A stretch of DNA of 64,000 nt, taken from assembly GCA_963821525.1 (NCBI GenBank), contig CAWGED010000019.1, positions 128,001 through 192,000 of the forward strand, given 5' to 3'. The stretch's first letter is position 1; the number at the start of each line of letters is the position of its first letter. The notes beneath the pieces were generated by a model that was given only the letters and a program-made list of their open reading frames with translations, made no database searches and was not told where the DNA came from. Source of the DNA: an uncultured Gemmatimonadales bacterium (lineage in GTDB: Bacteria > Gemmatimonadota > Gemmatimonadetes > Gemmatimonadales > GWC2-71-9). This document shows, one piece after another, positions 1 through 10,577 of the stretch. The translations under genes were made by a program, and so were the position numbers.

Positions 1-152
1 GTTCCGGTCGTGGCGAAAATCCCGGCGCCGATCGTAGCGCCGACGCCCAGTGCGGTGAGATGCCACTTGTTGAGCGATCGCTTGAGTCCCCCTCGCTCGG
101 CGATGTCGTTCTCGCAGTCGGCGATGGACTTCCGGACGAACAGATTGGCCAT
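1..152 (-). CDS. APC-family amino acid permease, N-terminal fragment (runs off the window)
   Basis: Manual translation MANLFVRKSIADCENDIAERGGLKRSLNKWHLTALGVGATIGAGIFATTG; LKRxL..L.ALGVGA.IG.GIF is the APC TM1 pattern. Confidence 0.85.
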   Translation of the reverse strand, partial: MANLFVRKSIADCENDIAERGGLKRSLNKWHLTALGVGATIGAGIFATTG

Positions 153-182
153 GAGCCTTGGGTAGGAGAGTCTTTTGGAGAG

Positions 183-947
183 TTACAGCGTGATGGTGAT
201 TTCGGTCTTACCTGCCACCGGGAGGCCGTCGGGGCCGCGAGCGGGGCGGAACTCGTAGTTCATCATCGCCTCGAGAAATTTCCTGGCATAGCCGCGGTCG
301 CGAATTTCCGGGTCGAGGTCGACCTTCTGCACCTTGCCAGCGGCATCAACCCAGAAGGTGACCCGGATCGCCTTCCCCCGAAGCTCCTTGGGGCTGTTCT
401 CCGGGGGAATAACCCATCGTTTCTGCTGCGGCCCGGTTCCGACTCCACCAGCGCCACCGCCTTCCCCCGGACCGGTCCCCGTTCCAGTGCCGGGACCGAT
501 TCCGCCGCCGGTTCCTCCTCCCGCGCCGGGGCCCGTTCCGCCTCCGCTGTCTCCCACCTCCGCATTCGCCGGTCCCGCACCGGCTTGAGTTACAGGAGTA
601 TCCACCGGAACCGGTTGGACCGGTTCGGGCGTCTGCGCTTGTTCTACGACGGGAGGAGCGGTGGTTACCGGAGCCACAGGAGCGGACGGCCGCGGAGCGC
701 TCGCGGGGAGGGAAATATACGCCTCACGGTTGCCTCCGCCACCACCGCCACCAGCAGTCAGCGCCTGGTGGCCCGCGCTCAGCACGCGGTACAACTCGCT
801 GCCCCAGGGAGCGAGGATCAGCAGGACCACCGCGATGTGGAGCGCAAGAGATACCAGCATCCCCACCGGCGAACGCCGTCGCCTCGGTAATGCGAGCGCC
901 GGGGCGGCAGACGAACGGGGGCGAGCGACTGCGGAAGATTCTGCCAT
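183..947 (-). CDS. TonB-like energy transducer
   Basis: SxxxH TM motif (VSLALH), Pro/Gly-rich linker, TonB_C-like end (VTFWVDAAGKV...FRPA). Confidence 0.75.
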   Translation of the reverse strand: MAESSAVARPRSSAAPALALPRRRRSPVGMLVSLALHIAVVLLILAPWGSELYRVLSAGHQALTAGGGGGGGNREAYISLPASAPRPSAPVAPVTTAPPVVEQAQTPEPVQPVPVDTPVTQAGAGPANAEVGDSGGGTGPGAGGGTGGGIGPGTGTGTGPGEGGGAGGVGTGPQQKRWVIPPENSPKELRGKAIRVTFWVDAAGKVQKVDLDPEIRDRGYARKFLEAMMNYEFRPARGPDGLPVAGKTEITITL

Positions 948-1028
948 GGCTGACCATACGAAAAATACACCGGGGAGTGCCGCCTTCGGCGCTCCCCGGT
1001 GGTGACGAACGGTTCTGCTGCTACCGCA

Positions 1029-1454
1029 CTACTTCTTCGGGGCTTCGGCGTCGATAGGAGTAAACCCGATGACCTGAACTCCCGCGCCCCGGGCAATATC
1101 CATCGCGTCAATCACGTCCTGATAGATCCGGGTCGGCGCCGACTTCACGAACAACAGCTTGGCTGGACGGGCGTCGAAGATCGCGTGCATCTGGGTGTCC
1201 AGCTGGTCGACCGGCACCGGCTGGGTATTGATGGCGTAGCCGCCATCTGCCGTAAGCTCCAGCACGATCTGATTCGACTTGGCGTCCGACTTGGTCTGCT
1301 GCTCCTGTGGCGGCACCTGGACATCCAGCGCCATTCGGGAGAGCGGCTGCGAGACCATGAAGATGATCAGCATCACCAGCATGATATCGATCATCGGAAT
1401 CACGTTGGGCTCGGACTGAATTCCGCCCGAGGAGTCCGCAGTGGACATTGCCAT
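1029..1454 (-). CDS. exbD: Biopolymer transporter ExbD/TolR
   Basis: PNVIPMIDIMLVMLIIFMV signature. Confidence 0.9.
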   Translation of the reverse strand: MAMSTADSSGGIQSEPNVIPMIDIMLVMLIIFMVSQPLSRMALDVQVPPQEQQTKSDAKSNQIVLELTADGGYAINTQPVPVDQLDTQMHAIFDARPAKLLFVKSAPTRIYQDVIDAMDIARGAGVQVIGFTPIDAEAPKK

Positions 1455-1455
1455 A

Positions 1456-1914
1456 TCAGCTCTTCCCCTTCTTCTCGGGAGCCGCGAAGAGCCCGGCAGC
1501 CTTGGGCTCGGTGATCGCCGCCATTACGCGGGCGCCGGCCTTCCGGGCGATCTCCACCGCCTCCTGGATTTTCGCGAACTGCAGCTGATTGTCCGCCTTG
1601 AAATAGAGAATCTTGTCCGTGGTCCGGGCGGAGTAGATCGACTTCAGCTGGTCCTCCAGCGTCTCCTTCGGGATCGGACGACCGTTCAGGAAGTAGTGGC
1701 CGCTCACGTCGATGCCGAGGATGATCTCGTCGTCCCCTTCGGGGCGCGCGTCGAGGTGAATCCCCTTCGGCATCGTCGCCTTGAACCCGGCACTGATGAG
1801 CGGAGTCACGATCATGAAGATGATCAACAACACCAGCATGATGTCGATCATCGGAATTACGTTGGGCGACGCCTTTACTGTAGTAGTGCCGGCACTACCC
1901 GCTGACATGCCCAT
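1456..1914 (-). CDS. exbD: Biopolymer transporter ExbD/TolR (second copy)
   Basis: PNVIPMIDIMLVLLIIFMI; periplasmic domain with KADNQL. Confidence 0.9.
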   Translation of the reverse strand: MGMSAGSAGTTTVKASPNVIPMIDIMLVLLIIFMIVTPLISAGFKATMPKGIHLDARPEGDDEIILGIDVSGHYFLNGRPIPKETLEDQLKSIYSARTTDKILYFKADNQLQFAKIQEAVEIARKAGARVMAAITEPKAAGLFAAPEKKGKS

Positions 1915-2644
1915 GACCGCTCACCGCTTTCTGGGCCTGGAATTCCTTAGTGAAGATCGAGCGGCCAAACTCGCTCCCCACGCTCTTGATCAGGTAGTCG
2001 ATCAGTTCCTTCGAGACGTAGGTCATCTCGACGGTGAGGTTCTCGATCTTGGTGGTGAAGTAGTTGTAGAACCACACCGCGGGAATCGCCACCAGCAGAC
2101 CGAACGCCGTGGTGATCAGCGCCTCGGCGATACCGGCGGAGATGCCCGCCAGGCCGCCGGAGGCTCCGGAGGATGCCATGCCGGTGAAGGCGTTCACGAT
2201 ACCCATCGTGGTGCCGAGCAATCCGACGAACGGGGCGGTCGAGCCGACCGTCGCCATGACGCCCATGCCCCGCTTGAAGTCCGCCAGCGTGATGAGCATC
2301 TCACGCTCGACGGCGCGCTCCACCGAGTTGATATCGGCCGAGGTGATCGTGGCCCGATCGGAGAGCAGCGGCTTCACCTCGGAGAGCGCCTCGCCGACGA
2401 CTCGGGCGACGTGGCTCTTCTTATTCTGCTCGGCCAGGGTGATGGCCCGCTCCAGGTTCTCCTCCTGGATGGCGCGGGAGAACTCAGGCGCGAACTTCCG
2501 GGTGGCCGTCTGGCTCCGAATGATGCTGATGAGCTTGGTGATCGCGACGGTCAACGACATGAACGACATGAAGGCCAGGACGATCACGACGCCCTTGGCG
2601 AAGGTTCCGGCCGCGGTCCACAGGTGCAGCATATCTACATTCAT
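1895..2644 (-). CDS. exbB: MotA/TolQ/ExbB proton channel
   Basis: APFVGLLGT and GIAEALITTAFGLLVAIPA motifs. Confidence 0.92.
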   Translation of the reverse strand: MNVDMLHLWTAAGTFAKGVVIVLAFMSFMSLTVAITKLISIIRSQTATRKFAPEFSRAIQEENLERAITLAEQNKKSHVARVVGEALSEVKPLLSDRATITSADINSVERAVEREMLITLADFKRGMGVMATVGSTAPFVGLLGTTMGIVNAFTGMASSGASGGLAGISAGIAEALITTAFGLLVAIPAVWFYNYFTTKIENLTVEMTYVSKELIDYLIKSVGSEFGRSIFTKEFQAQKAVSGHGHVSG

Positions 2645-3381
2645 TTGAACGATACCTCCTGGAGGTGACTGATCCCGCTATTGCGGAGCTTGAAGGAGAC
2701 GGCCTGCTGTACGAGCACGCGGACCGGCTGACCCCGGGAACGGCCCGGTTTGAAGGGGCACTTGAGGATGGCGTTCTTCGCCGGATCCTCGAAGGCCTTG
2801 TGCGTGCTGTTCATGACCTTGAGGGAGCCCGGGTCCACTTTCCCATCGGTGTTCACCACGAATTGCATGACTACCCGCCGGGGATCCCGGCCGACTTCAT
2901 GACCGGGGGAAATTCGGGCGAGCAAGCGCCGGCATGACCTGCGGGGTCTCATCCACTTCTGCCGCCAGGAAGACTTCGCCTTCCAGCACCGGGCCGGTTC
3001 CACCCACGACGCCGGTCCCGATGCCACCTTCGACACCCTTACCGGTGAAGTCCCGCGGGTCGAACTTCTCGTTCAAATTGACCGGCGGAATCTCGGTGGG
3101 GATATCGGCCGGCGGCGTCACCACCTGGAAGCCCTGCGGCGGCGGGTTCGCAGCCACAACCGCCTCGGGGGGAGGCTGCTCTGGCGGCGGCTCCGGAGCC
3201 TTCGGCGGCTCCAGGAACACCATCGTCGTATCCTGAATGACTTGCTTCAGGGTCTCGGCCGCACCGCTCGTGGCCTTGACCGCTCCGAAAATGATCAGAT
3301 GATGTGGATGATCACCGAAGTGATTGACTGCCCAAGGGACTTCTGCTTCTTGCGTTTCGATTCGATCAGGTTTTCGAACAT
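2641..3381 (-). CDS. tonB: Energy transducer TonB (frame-broken; 3' end uncertain, about 2641-2680)
   Basis: Start MFENLIESKRKKQK after a GAGAGGA RBS, Pro-rich linker in ORF 2897-3463, TonB_C (QFVVNTDGKV...FKPG) in ORF 2641-3036. Confidence 0.8.
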
Positions 3382-3481
3382 AGTCCTCTCCGCGTGAGCG
3401 GCAGCAAACGTATCTCGCGGTTATTGCAGCCGGCGAGACCCGAAGATGACAAAACCTTAACAACTGGATTAGGCGTTGCCT

Positions 3482-4978
3482 TCAGGAAGCTCGGCTTGAC
3501 CGATCCTGGGCTTCGGCTTCGGTTGGGACTTCGGGAGACGCGTTTGGCCGGGGCAATGTGACCGTAAACACGGTCCCCCGCCCGGTACGACTCTGCACGC
3601 CAATCGTTCCGCCATGGGCCTCGGCGATCCACTTGGTAATGGAAAGGCCAAGCCCCGCACCCGGACGGTCTCCGGTCCGGGTACGAGCAAGATCGGCGCG
3701 GTAGAAGCGGTCGAAGATATGGGGCAGGTCTGTGGCGCTGATGCCGATCCCGTTATCCCCTACCACCAACGCTACCGTATCGCCCTGATCCACAAGGCCG
3801 AGACTGACCTTTCCTCCGGGCGGAGTGTACTTGATGGCGTTGGTGACCAGGTTGAGGATCAGCTGGCGCATCCGGCCGTAGTCCACCGGCAGCAGGACCG
3901 GATTGTCCGGCACTTCGGTGCGGACCGTGATTCCCGGACCCTCCCCCAGGATGCCGGCGGTTTCCGCCGCCTCGGACACCAGTTCCCTCAGGTCGTGCGG
4001 CTTTACGGCGAGGGTCGCACGCCCTTCATCGGCCCGGGCCAGGGTCAGCAGGTTGTCCATCATCTCCGTCACCCGGTTGATCTCGCCCAGCAATTCATCC
4101 AGCGTGCTCATCGCTTCGGGTGGAGTCCCGGGATGGGTGAGTGCGCGTTCGACGCCGGCGCGGATCACCATGAGCGGAGTCTTCAGCTCATGGCTCGCAT
4201 CGGCGGTGAAGCGGCGCAGGCTGACGAAGCTCTCTTCCAGACGGCCAAGCATTCGATTCACAGTGTTGGCGAGACGGGCCAGCTCGTCGGCCTGAAGCGG
4301 AACCGCGAGCCGGCGATGGAGGCCGCGCCCGTCGGTGATGGACTCCAGCTCGTCAACCATTCCCTCGAGGGGGCGCAGGCTGGTATCGGCGAGGACGTAC
4401 CCCAGCCCGATGCTCCCCAGCAGGATCACTGGGGCGATCACCAGCATTGCGCCCAGGAGTTGAGCTGGACCAAACGGCACGGCGGTGAGGGGAGCGGCGA
4501 CGAAATAGGTGGCGGGCCGGTCCCAGACACCAGGGAGCGGGACCTGCGCGTAACGGACCGGATCGGCGTTCGGGTCGAGCCGCACGAACCCGGTGCGTAC
4601 GCCGGCGCCCTCGGGGGGCGAAAGGGTCGCCAGCACGTCGGCCAGGGCGACCAGGCTGAAGGGCTTGGCCGCCGCATTCCGGTAGATCGGCGCGCCGTCC
4701 GGGTCCACCACGATGACGTAGTCCCGGATCCCATCGAGGTAGCCGCCGACCGCGTTGATCAGCGTAGGCGTCTCCCCCGAAGACAGCGTCCGCCCGAGCT
4801 GGCGCTGGAAATTGATGAAGTACTGCGCCGCCAGATTGCCCTCGAGCGCGAGTCGCTCGTCCAGCTCCCGCAGACTCGACCGCTGACGCTCGAAGTACAG
4901 GGCGCCGCCGAACGCCGCGATCGAAACGGCGAGCGCGACGACGTACCACAGAGTGAGGCGGCGGCGGATACTGGCCAT
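3482..4978 (-). CDS. HAMP-domain sensor histidine kinase
   Basis: Two TM segments, H-box DASHELKTPL, N-box NLVTNAIKY, G-box GAGLGLSI. Confidence 0.92.
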   Translation of the reverse strand: MASIRRRLTLWYVVALAVSIAAFGGALYFERQRSSLRELDERLALEGNLAAQYFINFQRQLGRTLSSGETPTLINAVGGYLDGIRDYVIVVDPDGAPIYRNAAAKPFSLVALADVLATLSPPEGAGVRTGFVRLDPNADPVRYAQVPLPGVWDRPATYFVAAPLTAVPFGPAQLLGAMLVIAPVILLGSIGLGYVLADTSLRPLEGMVDELESITDGRGLHRRLAVPLQADELARLANTVNRMLGRLEESFVSLRRFTADASHELKTPLMVIRAGVERALTHPGTPPEAMSTLDELLGEINRVTEMMDNLLTLARADEGRATLAVKPHDLRELVSEAAETAGILGEGPGITVRTEVPDNPVLLPVDYGRMRQLILNLVTNAIKYTPPGGKVSLGLVDQGDTVALVVGDNGIGISATDLPHIFDRFYRADLARTRTGDRPGAGLGLSITKWIAEAHGGTIGVQSRTGRGTVFTVTLPRPNASPEVPTEAEAQDRSSRAS

Positions 4979-4992
4979 GGTCGGAAACGAGC

Positions 4993-5020
4993 GTGAGCGG
5001 TTAGCGGTAAGCAGTGAGCG
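4993..5020. repeat. Heptamer tandem array (GTGAGCG GTTAGCG GTAAGCA GTGAGCG)
   Basis: Four degenerate 7-bp units between the regulator and kinase genes. Confidence 0.65.
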
Positions 5021-5051
5021 TGCTGAGGATTTCTCTTCGTCCTAAGTCCGC

Positions 5052-5729
5052 TCACTCCTTACCTGCTTTTAACACGTACCCGACCCCGCGCACCGTCTGG
5101 ATCAGCCGGGGGCCACCGCCTCCGTCGATCTTCTTCCGGAGACGGTTGATCACCACGTCCACGATGTTGGTCCCGGGATCGAAGTGATAGTCCCAGGCGT
5201 ACTCGGTGATCAGGGTCCGCGACATCACCCGCCCGACGTGCCGCATCAGGTACTCGAGGACGGCAAATTCCTTGTTGGTGAGCTCGACCGGCTTTCCGCC
5301 CCGGGTGACTTCGCGGGTATTCAGGTCGAGCTCGAGGTCGCTCACCCGCAGCTTGCGGGGCGCCAGCTGGCGGGGACGGCGGCTCAGCGCCTCGACCCGC
5401 GCGAGTAGCTCCTCAAAGCTGAATGGCTTGGTGACGTAATCGTCGGCGCCGGCCCGCAGCGCTTCGACCTTGAAGTCCACCGCGTCCTGCGCCGTGAGGA
5501 CCAGGACCGGCACGCTGTGCCCGCGATCGCGCAGGGTGCGGAGCACCTGCACTCCGTTCATCCCAGGGAGCCGGAGATCGAGGATGATCAGGTCGTGCTC
5601 GCCCTCCGAAGCGATTCGCAGCGCCTCGGTCCCGTCCGCCACCAGCTCGGCCTGATGCTGCTGCTCTTCGAGGCCGCGTTTGACGTATTGACCGACCGTG
5701 CGGTCGTCTTCGACAACGAGAATCTTCAC
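5052..5729 (-). CDS. OmpR-family response regulator (CusR-like)
   Basis: KILVVEDD, LDLRLPG, GADDYVTKPF, wHTH end IQTVRGVGY; GTG start overlaps the upstream kinase stop. Confidence 0.93.
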   Translation of the reverse strand: MKILVVEDDRTVGQYVKRGLEEQQHQAELVADGTEALRIASEGEHDLIILDLRLPGMNGVQVLRTLRDRGHSVPVLVLTAQDAVDFKVEALRAGADDYVTKPFSFEELLARVEALSRRPRQLAPRKLRVSDLELDLNTREVTRGGKPVELTNKEFAVLEYLMRHVGRVMSRTLITEYAWDYHFDPGTNIVDVVINRLRKKIDGGGGPRLIQTVRGVGYVLKAGKE

Positions 5730-7290
5730 TCCGCCGCCGTTCCCCCTACGGGGAGAAATACCCGGAAGACCGAACCACGACCCGGCTGGCTGTCCACCTC
5801 GATGCGGCCGCGGTGCTCGGCAACGATGCCGTAGCACACCGAGAGCCCGAGTCCGGTCCCCCGTCCCGGCGCCTTCGTGGTATAGAAAGGCTCGAAGATC
5901 TTGGTGAGGTCCGTCCGGGGGATTCCTACCCCGGTGTCCTCGATGTCCACCACTATCTCATCTTCGCGGGCCCGGCTCTGATAAGTGCGGATCGAGAGGT
6001 AACCGCCTTCCTCCATGGCGTCGAGCGCGTTCATCATCAGAGCCATGAAGACCTGAATCAGTTGCTCGTGGTTGCCATGAATCGGCGGGAGTTCCCCCGC
6101 CAGCTCGCGGTGCACGGTGATCTTCTTGAAGCGTTGATGATGCTTCAGCAAGAACAAGGTATCCTCGAGAACCGCCGAGGTGTCCACTGGCTTCTTGTAC
6201 TTGCCCTTCGGCCGGCTGAAGTCGAGCAGACCGTCAACGATCGTGGTACACCGCTGCACTTCCTTGTCGATGATCTCCAGGTACTCCCGCAGCACTTCTC
6301 CCAGCTGTGCGGGATCATCGTCGGCCAACCGGTTCTCGACCGCCGCGACACAGGCGCTGATGGTGGCCAGGGGGTTGTTGATTTCATGCATGACTCCCGC
6401 GGCGAGCTGACCGATCGCGGCGAGCTTCTCGCTCTGCAGGATGCGCTGCTGCGCGACGTGGGTATCGGTGACGTCCTCACCGATCGTGATCACGTGGGTG
6501 ATGGTCTCCCCATCCTGCCGCATCGGGATCTTGCTGATCCGGTAATATTTCTGCTCGCCCGCGACGGCGACCTCGATCTCGATCTGGCGAATCTCTCCCG
6601 TCGCGAAGACCTGGTCGAACTCCTCCTTGAGCTGCCCCATCGGCTGCCGGGTGAGCACCTCGAACACCGGGCGACCGACCACCTCATCCTTGCGAAGACC
6701 CTGGGTCCCGGTCTCCCGCTTCCGGTTCCAGATCTGAATCCGGTACTCCCGATCCACCACGTAGAGGCCGACCGGCAGGCAGTCGATGACCAGAGTGATG
6801 AACCGGCGTTGCTCCTCGATTTCCTTGGAGCGCAGGGCGACTTCGTAGGCCAGGTCTTCGGAGAGCTCGATCGAGGCCAGGAACGGAGCCAGGATATCGG
6901 CCACGACCGGCAGCAAGGCGTTCGGATTCGCCGGAGATGGGTGCCGGTGAAATCTCCAGCATGCCCAGCCGCTCGCCTTCGTGCAGAATCGGAATGCGAA
7001 GCGTTCCGGGAGCCGACTTCGGGAAGAACCGCGAAGGAACGGCTGGTCCGGGGAGTCCCGCTCAGCAGCGGTGCCGTGATCGCCCGAAGCGTCGTCGCGT
7101 TCGGCTCGCGCAGCCACAAGAGCACCGACTGGGCGCCGAGTCCGATCCGAAGGTTTTCAGCCACGGTGGCGAGGGTTTCCTCGGCGGCAAGCCCCGTGTT
7201 GAGCAACTTCGCGATCGCGCCGACCAGCTGGAGCGGTCCGCCCGATGAGGAAGAACCCGCGCCGTCTCTTTCCGCTCGCGTCAGGGTCAC
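5726..7290 (-). CDS. Cytoplasmic PAS sensor histidine kinase, NtrB-like (frame-broken near 6950-7010; start approximate)
   Basis: QSEKLAAIGQLAAGVMHEINNPL, PAS domain, FEPFYTTK..GTGLGL; N-terminus in ORF 6490-7419. Confidence 0.85.
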
Positions 7291-7358
7291 TGGAACTCGC
7301 TGTGCAGTGAGTCTCGAATGAAATACTCCGCAGCCGTCTGAAACACCAGCACGGCCGG

Positions 7359-8395
7359 TTATATCCGCCGCCACGAGGCGCCGCGACCGGGGCAGCCTCG
7401 GCTGCCACCGCCAACGCAACCAGCAGCACCACCCAGGTCCCCAGCAGCACCAACTCGGCTCCGGCGATCTCGTCGGTGGGAACCGACCCCGTCAGCTTGA
7501 ACGCTCCGCCGCGGGGCCGGATTGCGGTCAGAGACCCGGTCCGTTCCGGATTCTCTCCCTGCCAGGTCACCGAATCTTGCCTCACCGCCCGGCGATCGGT
7601 TCTCTGCAATTCGAGTCCCGGCGCCAGCCGTGGAAGGACGGCGGAACGGACGCCATCAGCCGTCGCCGCCACCTCGATCAGACGACGGGCGAATTGCAGG
7701 TGAGTCTCGGTCGTGGCCGCCGCGGTTCTCTGCAGTGCCGACCTGAGCTCGAGACCGGCCCAAGCCGCGGAAGCGATCGAGAGAAGCGCCAGCACGTCGC
7801 GGATCATTCGGGACGCACCGAAGTAGCGCTCGATTCCAAGGCTCAGCGCGGCCAGGAAGGCAATCATTCCCAGCAACACCGCGAGCCACGGTTCGGCAAG
7901 GGGAGGAAGAGTCTCCCAGGCCCCGACCCACCCTACCGGAGTCCCGCCGCCCCGATCGGCGAAAGCGACCAGGGCGACACGATGTCCGCTGGGGGGAACC
8001 ACGATGCGCCAGTCGGACGAGTCGCTCGCATCGAATCCCACGAGCGGAGTCAGGCCGAGGGTATCAGGTAACAGAGGAGTACGGCCGAAGAATACCTGAA
8101 GCCCGCCAGGAAAGAAGGACGCGTTCGCGAGAGCACCTGCCCCCGACACCAGGCGGGCGGGATCGAATCGGGAATCGTCGCGGCCTCTTGAACCGGGGGT
8201 GACAGCCGACAGAAAGGCCGCGGCGGTCCAGCCCACGGAGAGGTTCGAACGGTCCAGCAGTTCGCGATAGCCCTTTTGGGTCGCAAGGAAGAGCCCGCCA
8301 ATTGCGCCCAGGGCGACCGCGAGCGCAATCCACGGGAGCGCGCCGCGGAGCCGCCCTTGCCGTTGGTTCCCGCGAGCCGCGGAGGCAGAAGTCAT
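7359..8395 (-). CDS. Hypothetical multi-TM membrane protein (3' end approximate)
   Basis: Long ORF with several hydrophobic segments; its tail overlaps the kinase gene, implying a frame break. Confidence 0.55.
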
Positions 8396-8468
8396 GTTAC
8401 CGTAGTAACTTCATGCCCCGTGTAAGAGGCGCAAGTCTGCTGATTTTCTCGATCGTGAGACTCTCGCA

Positions 8469-9908
8469 ATGCCCCTCCCTATCCTCACACCCTGGATCAA
8501 TGGAGCCCATCTGCCGGCCGGGAGCCGTCCGGTGGACCAGGTAGATGCTCCTTACACCGGCGAGCCTGTGGCTGACGTGGTCCAAGCGACGGACTCCGAC
8601 CTCGACGAGGCCATCGAGTCCGCCCAGGTCGCCTTCGCCGCGATGCGCGCGATGCCGCGCCACGCCCGGCGTGATCTGCTCCACCGCGTCACCGAAGCCC
8701 TGACGCGCCAGCGTACCGAACTCGGCATCGAGCTCGCCACCAGCTGCGGCAAACCCATCACGCAGGCGCTGGGTGAGGTGGATCGGGCGATCATGACTTT
8801 CTCGCTCGCAGCGGACGAGGCCCGTCGCTTTGGCGGCGAGGTAGTGCCGCTCGACGTGGATACCCGCGGCGTCGGAATGAATGGGCTGGTCAACCGCTTC
8901 CCGATCGGACCGATCAGCGCCATCTCACCCTTCAACTTCCCGCTCAATCTCCTGGCCCACAAAGTGGCTCCGGCGATCGCCGTGGGAAGCGCTCTGGTGG
9001 TGAAGCCGCCGCCGCAGTGTCCCCAGCTGGCCTTCCGGCTGGGAGAGATCCTGGCCGACTGCGGGATGCCGGCCGGCGCCTATAACGTGTTGCACCTGCC
9101 GATCCCGATCGCCGAAAGGTTGGCGACCGATCCGCGCTTCCAGCTGCTCACCTTCACGGGAAGCCCGACGGTAGGCTGGCACCTCAAACAGGTCGCAGGG
9201 AAGAAGAAAGTCGTCCTCGAGTTGGGCGGGAACGCCGCGGTGGCGGTGCACGAAGATGCCGGTGACTTCGATTGGGTTGCCAATCGGCTCGCCTTCGGCG
9301 GATTCGCCTATGCCGGGCAGGTATGCATCAAGGTGCAGCGGGTCCTGGTCCACCGGCCCGTCTACCAGTGCGTGGTGGACAAGTTTGTGGCGGCCACGGC
9401 CGCTCTGAAATGCGGCGACCCGATGGATTCCTCGACCGTGGTCGGACCGATGATCGATTCCAACGCGGCGGATCGCGTCGAATCCTGGGTCGACGAAGCG
9501 GTGAAAGCTGGAGCGACGGTCCTGCTCAAGGGCCAGCGAACCGGATCGGTCCTGACGCCGACCGTTTTGGCCGATGTTCCGCGCGATGCCAAGGTCTCCA
9601 GCCGAGAGGTGTTCGGTCCGGTGACCATCGTGGCACCCTATGACAACTGGGACGACGCGCTCGCTACGATCAACGATTCCGACTTCGGCTTGCAGGCGGG
9701 AGTCTTTACCCACGATGTGAACCGGATTTTCCGGGCCTTCAGCACACTCGACGTTGGCGGAGTGATCGTCAACGACTTCCCCACCCTCCGGGTGGACAAT
9801 TTCCCCTATGGCGGGGTCAAGGACTCGGGGTTCGGACGCGAAGGGGTGAGATACGCGATGGACGACATGAGCGAGCCGAGAATGCTGGTGCTGAACTTGA
9901 ACAAGTAG
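8469..9908 (+). CDS. NAD(P)-dependent aldehyde dehydrogenase
   Basis: ISPFNFP, FTGS, LELGGN, catalytic AGQVC, EVFGPV, PYGGVKDSGFGREG. Confidence 0.93.
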   Translation: MPLPILTPWINGAHLPAGSRPVDQVDAPYTGEPVADVVQATDSDLDEAIESAQVAFAAMRAMPRHARRDLLHRVTEALTRQRTELGIELATSCGKPITQALGEVDRAIMTFSLAADEARRFGGEVVPLDVDTRGVGMNGLVNRFPIGPISAISPFNFPLNLLAHKVAPAIAVGSALVVKPPPQCPQLAFRLGEILADCGMPAGAYNVLHLPIPIAERLATDPRFQLLTFTGSPTVGWHLKQVAGKKKVVLELGGNAAVAVHEDAGDFDWVANRLAFGGFAYAGQVCIKVQRVLVHRPVYQCVVDKFVAATAALKCGDPMDSSTVVGPMIDSNAADRVESWVDEAVKAGATVLLKGQRTGSVLTPTVLADVPRDAKVSSREVFGPVTIVAPYDNWDDALATINDSDFGLQAGVFTHDVNRIFRAFSTLDVGGVIVNDFPTLRVDNFPYGGVKDSGFGREGVRYAMDDMSEPRMLVLNLNK

Positions 9909-9919
9909 GACGAATGCCC

Positions 9920-9980
9920 AATTTTCAATTGCCAAATTTTCAATCTGACAATCTGAAATCTGAAATCTTCAATCCGAAAC
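9920..9980. repeat. AT-rich heptamer tandem array (AATCTGA-like)
   Basis: ...caatctgacaatctgaaatctgaaatcttcaatccgaaac; 7-bp period across the intergenic gap. Confidence 0.75.
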
Positions 9981-9983
9981 CCC

Positions 9984-10442
9984 ATGCCCTTCCCCGCCCC
10001 CGGCACCCCGGCCCCCGACTTCACCCTCCCCTCGACTTCCGGCGAGAGTGTCACGCTCTCCAGGCTCCGGGGGAAGAACGTGCTCATCGCCTTCTTCCCG
10101 CTCGCCTTTACCAGCGTTTGCACCAAGGAACTCTGCGCCTTTACCGATGACTACTCTCAGTTTCAGTCGGCCGACACGGTTGTCCTGCCGATCAGCGTGG
10201 ACTCGGTGCCGACCCTCAAGGCATACAAGGCGAAGGAGCAGATCGGGGTGGACCTCTTGAGCGATTTCAAGCGGGAGGTGAGCCGGGCCTACGGGACGCT
10301 ACTGGAAGACAAGTTCCACTCCAACCGCTCCTACATCGTCATTGACCGCAAGGGGATCGTGCGCTGGGCCTTCGCCGAGGAGTCGACGGGGAACCGGAGG
10401 GAGAACGGGGAATTGCTGGAGGTGTTGGGGAAGCTGGACTGA
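9984..10442 (+). CDS. Peroxiredoxin (AhpC/TSA family, AhpE-like)
   Basis: APDFTL, FFPLAFTSVC (PxxxTxxC), ISVD, LLSDF. Confidence 0.9.
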   Translation: MPFPAPGTPAPDFTLPSTSGESVTLSRLRGKNVLIAFFPLAFTSVCTKELCAFTDDYSQFQSADTVVLPISVDSVPTLKAYKAKEQIGVDLLSDFKREVSRAYGTLLEDKFHSNRSYIVIDRKGIVRWAFAEESTGNRRENGELLEVLGKLD

Positions 10443-10446
10443 ACAA

Positions 10447-10572
10447 CGTGGAGAGGGTGAGAAGTGAGAAGGAACTGAACTCGGGCCTGAGAGAAGAAGC
10501 GGCTCCATGTCCCTCGCTCATTTAGTCGAGGGTCCACGGAGCCCCTTCTTACTTCTTACTTCTCACTTTTTA
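10447..10572. repeat. Inverted pair of heptamer arrays (GTGAGAA ... CTTCTTA/CTTCTCA)
   Basis: gggtgagaagtgagaagg on the left and ccttcttacttcttacttctcac on the right, between convergent genes. Confidence 0.7.
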
Positions 10573-10577
10573 CGCAG

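Noticed and set aside
5813..7321. Long antisense ORFs (also 3614-4996, 27517-28659, 39121-40278, 45652-46902)
   Set aside because: Shadows of real genes in high-GC DNA with no recognisable motifs
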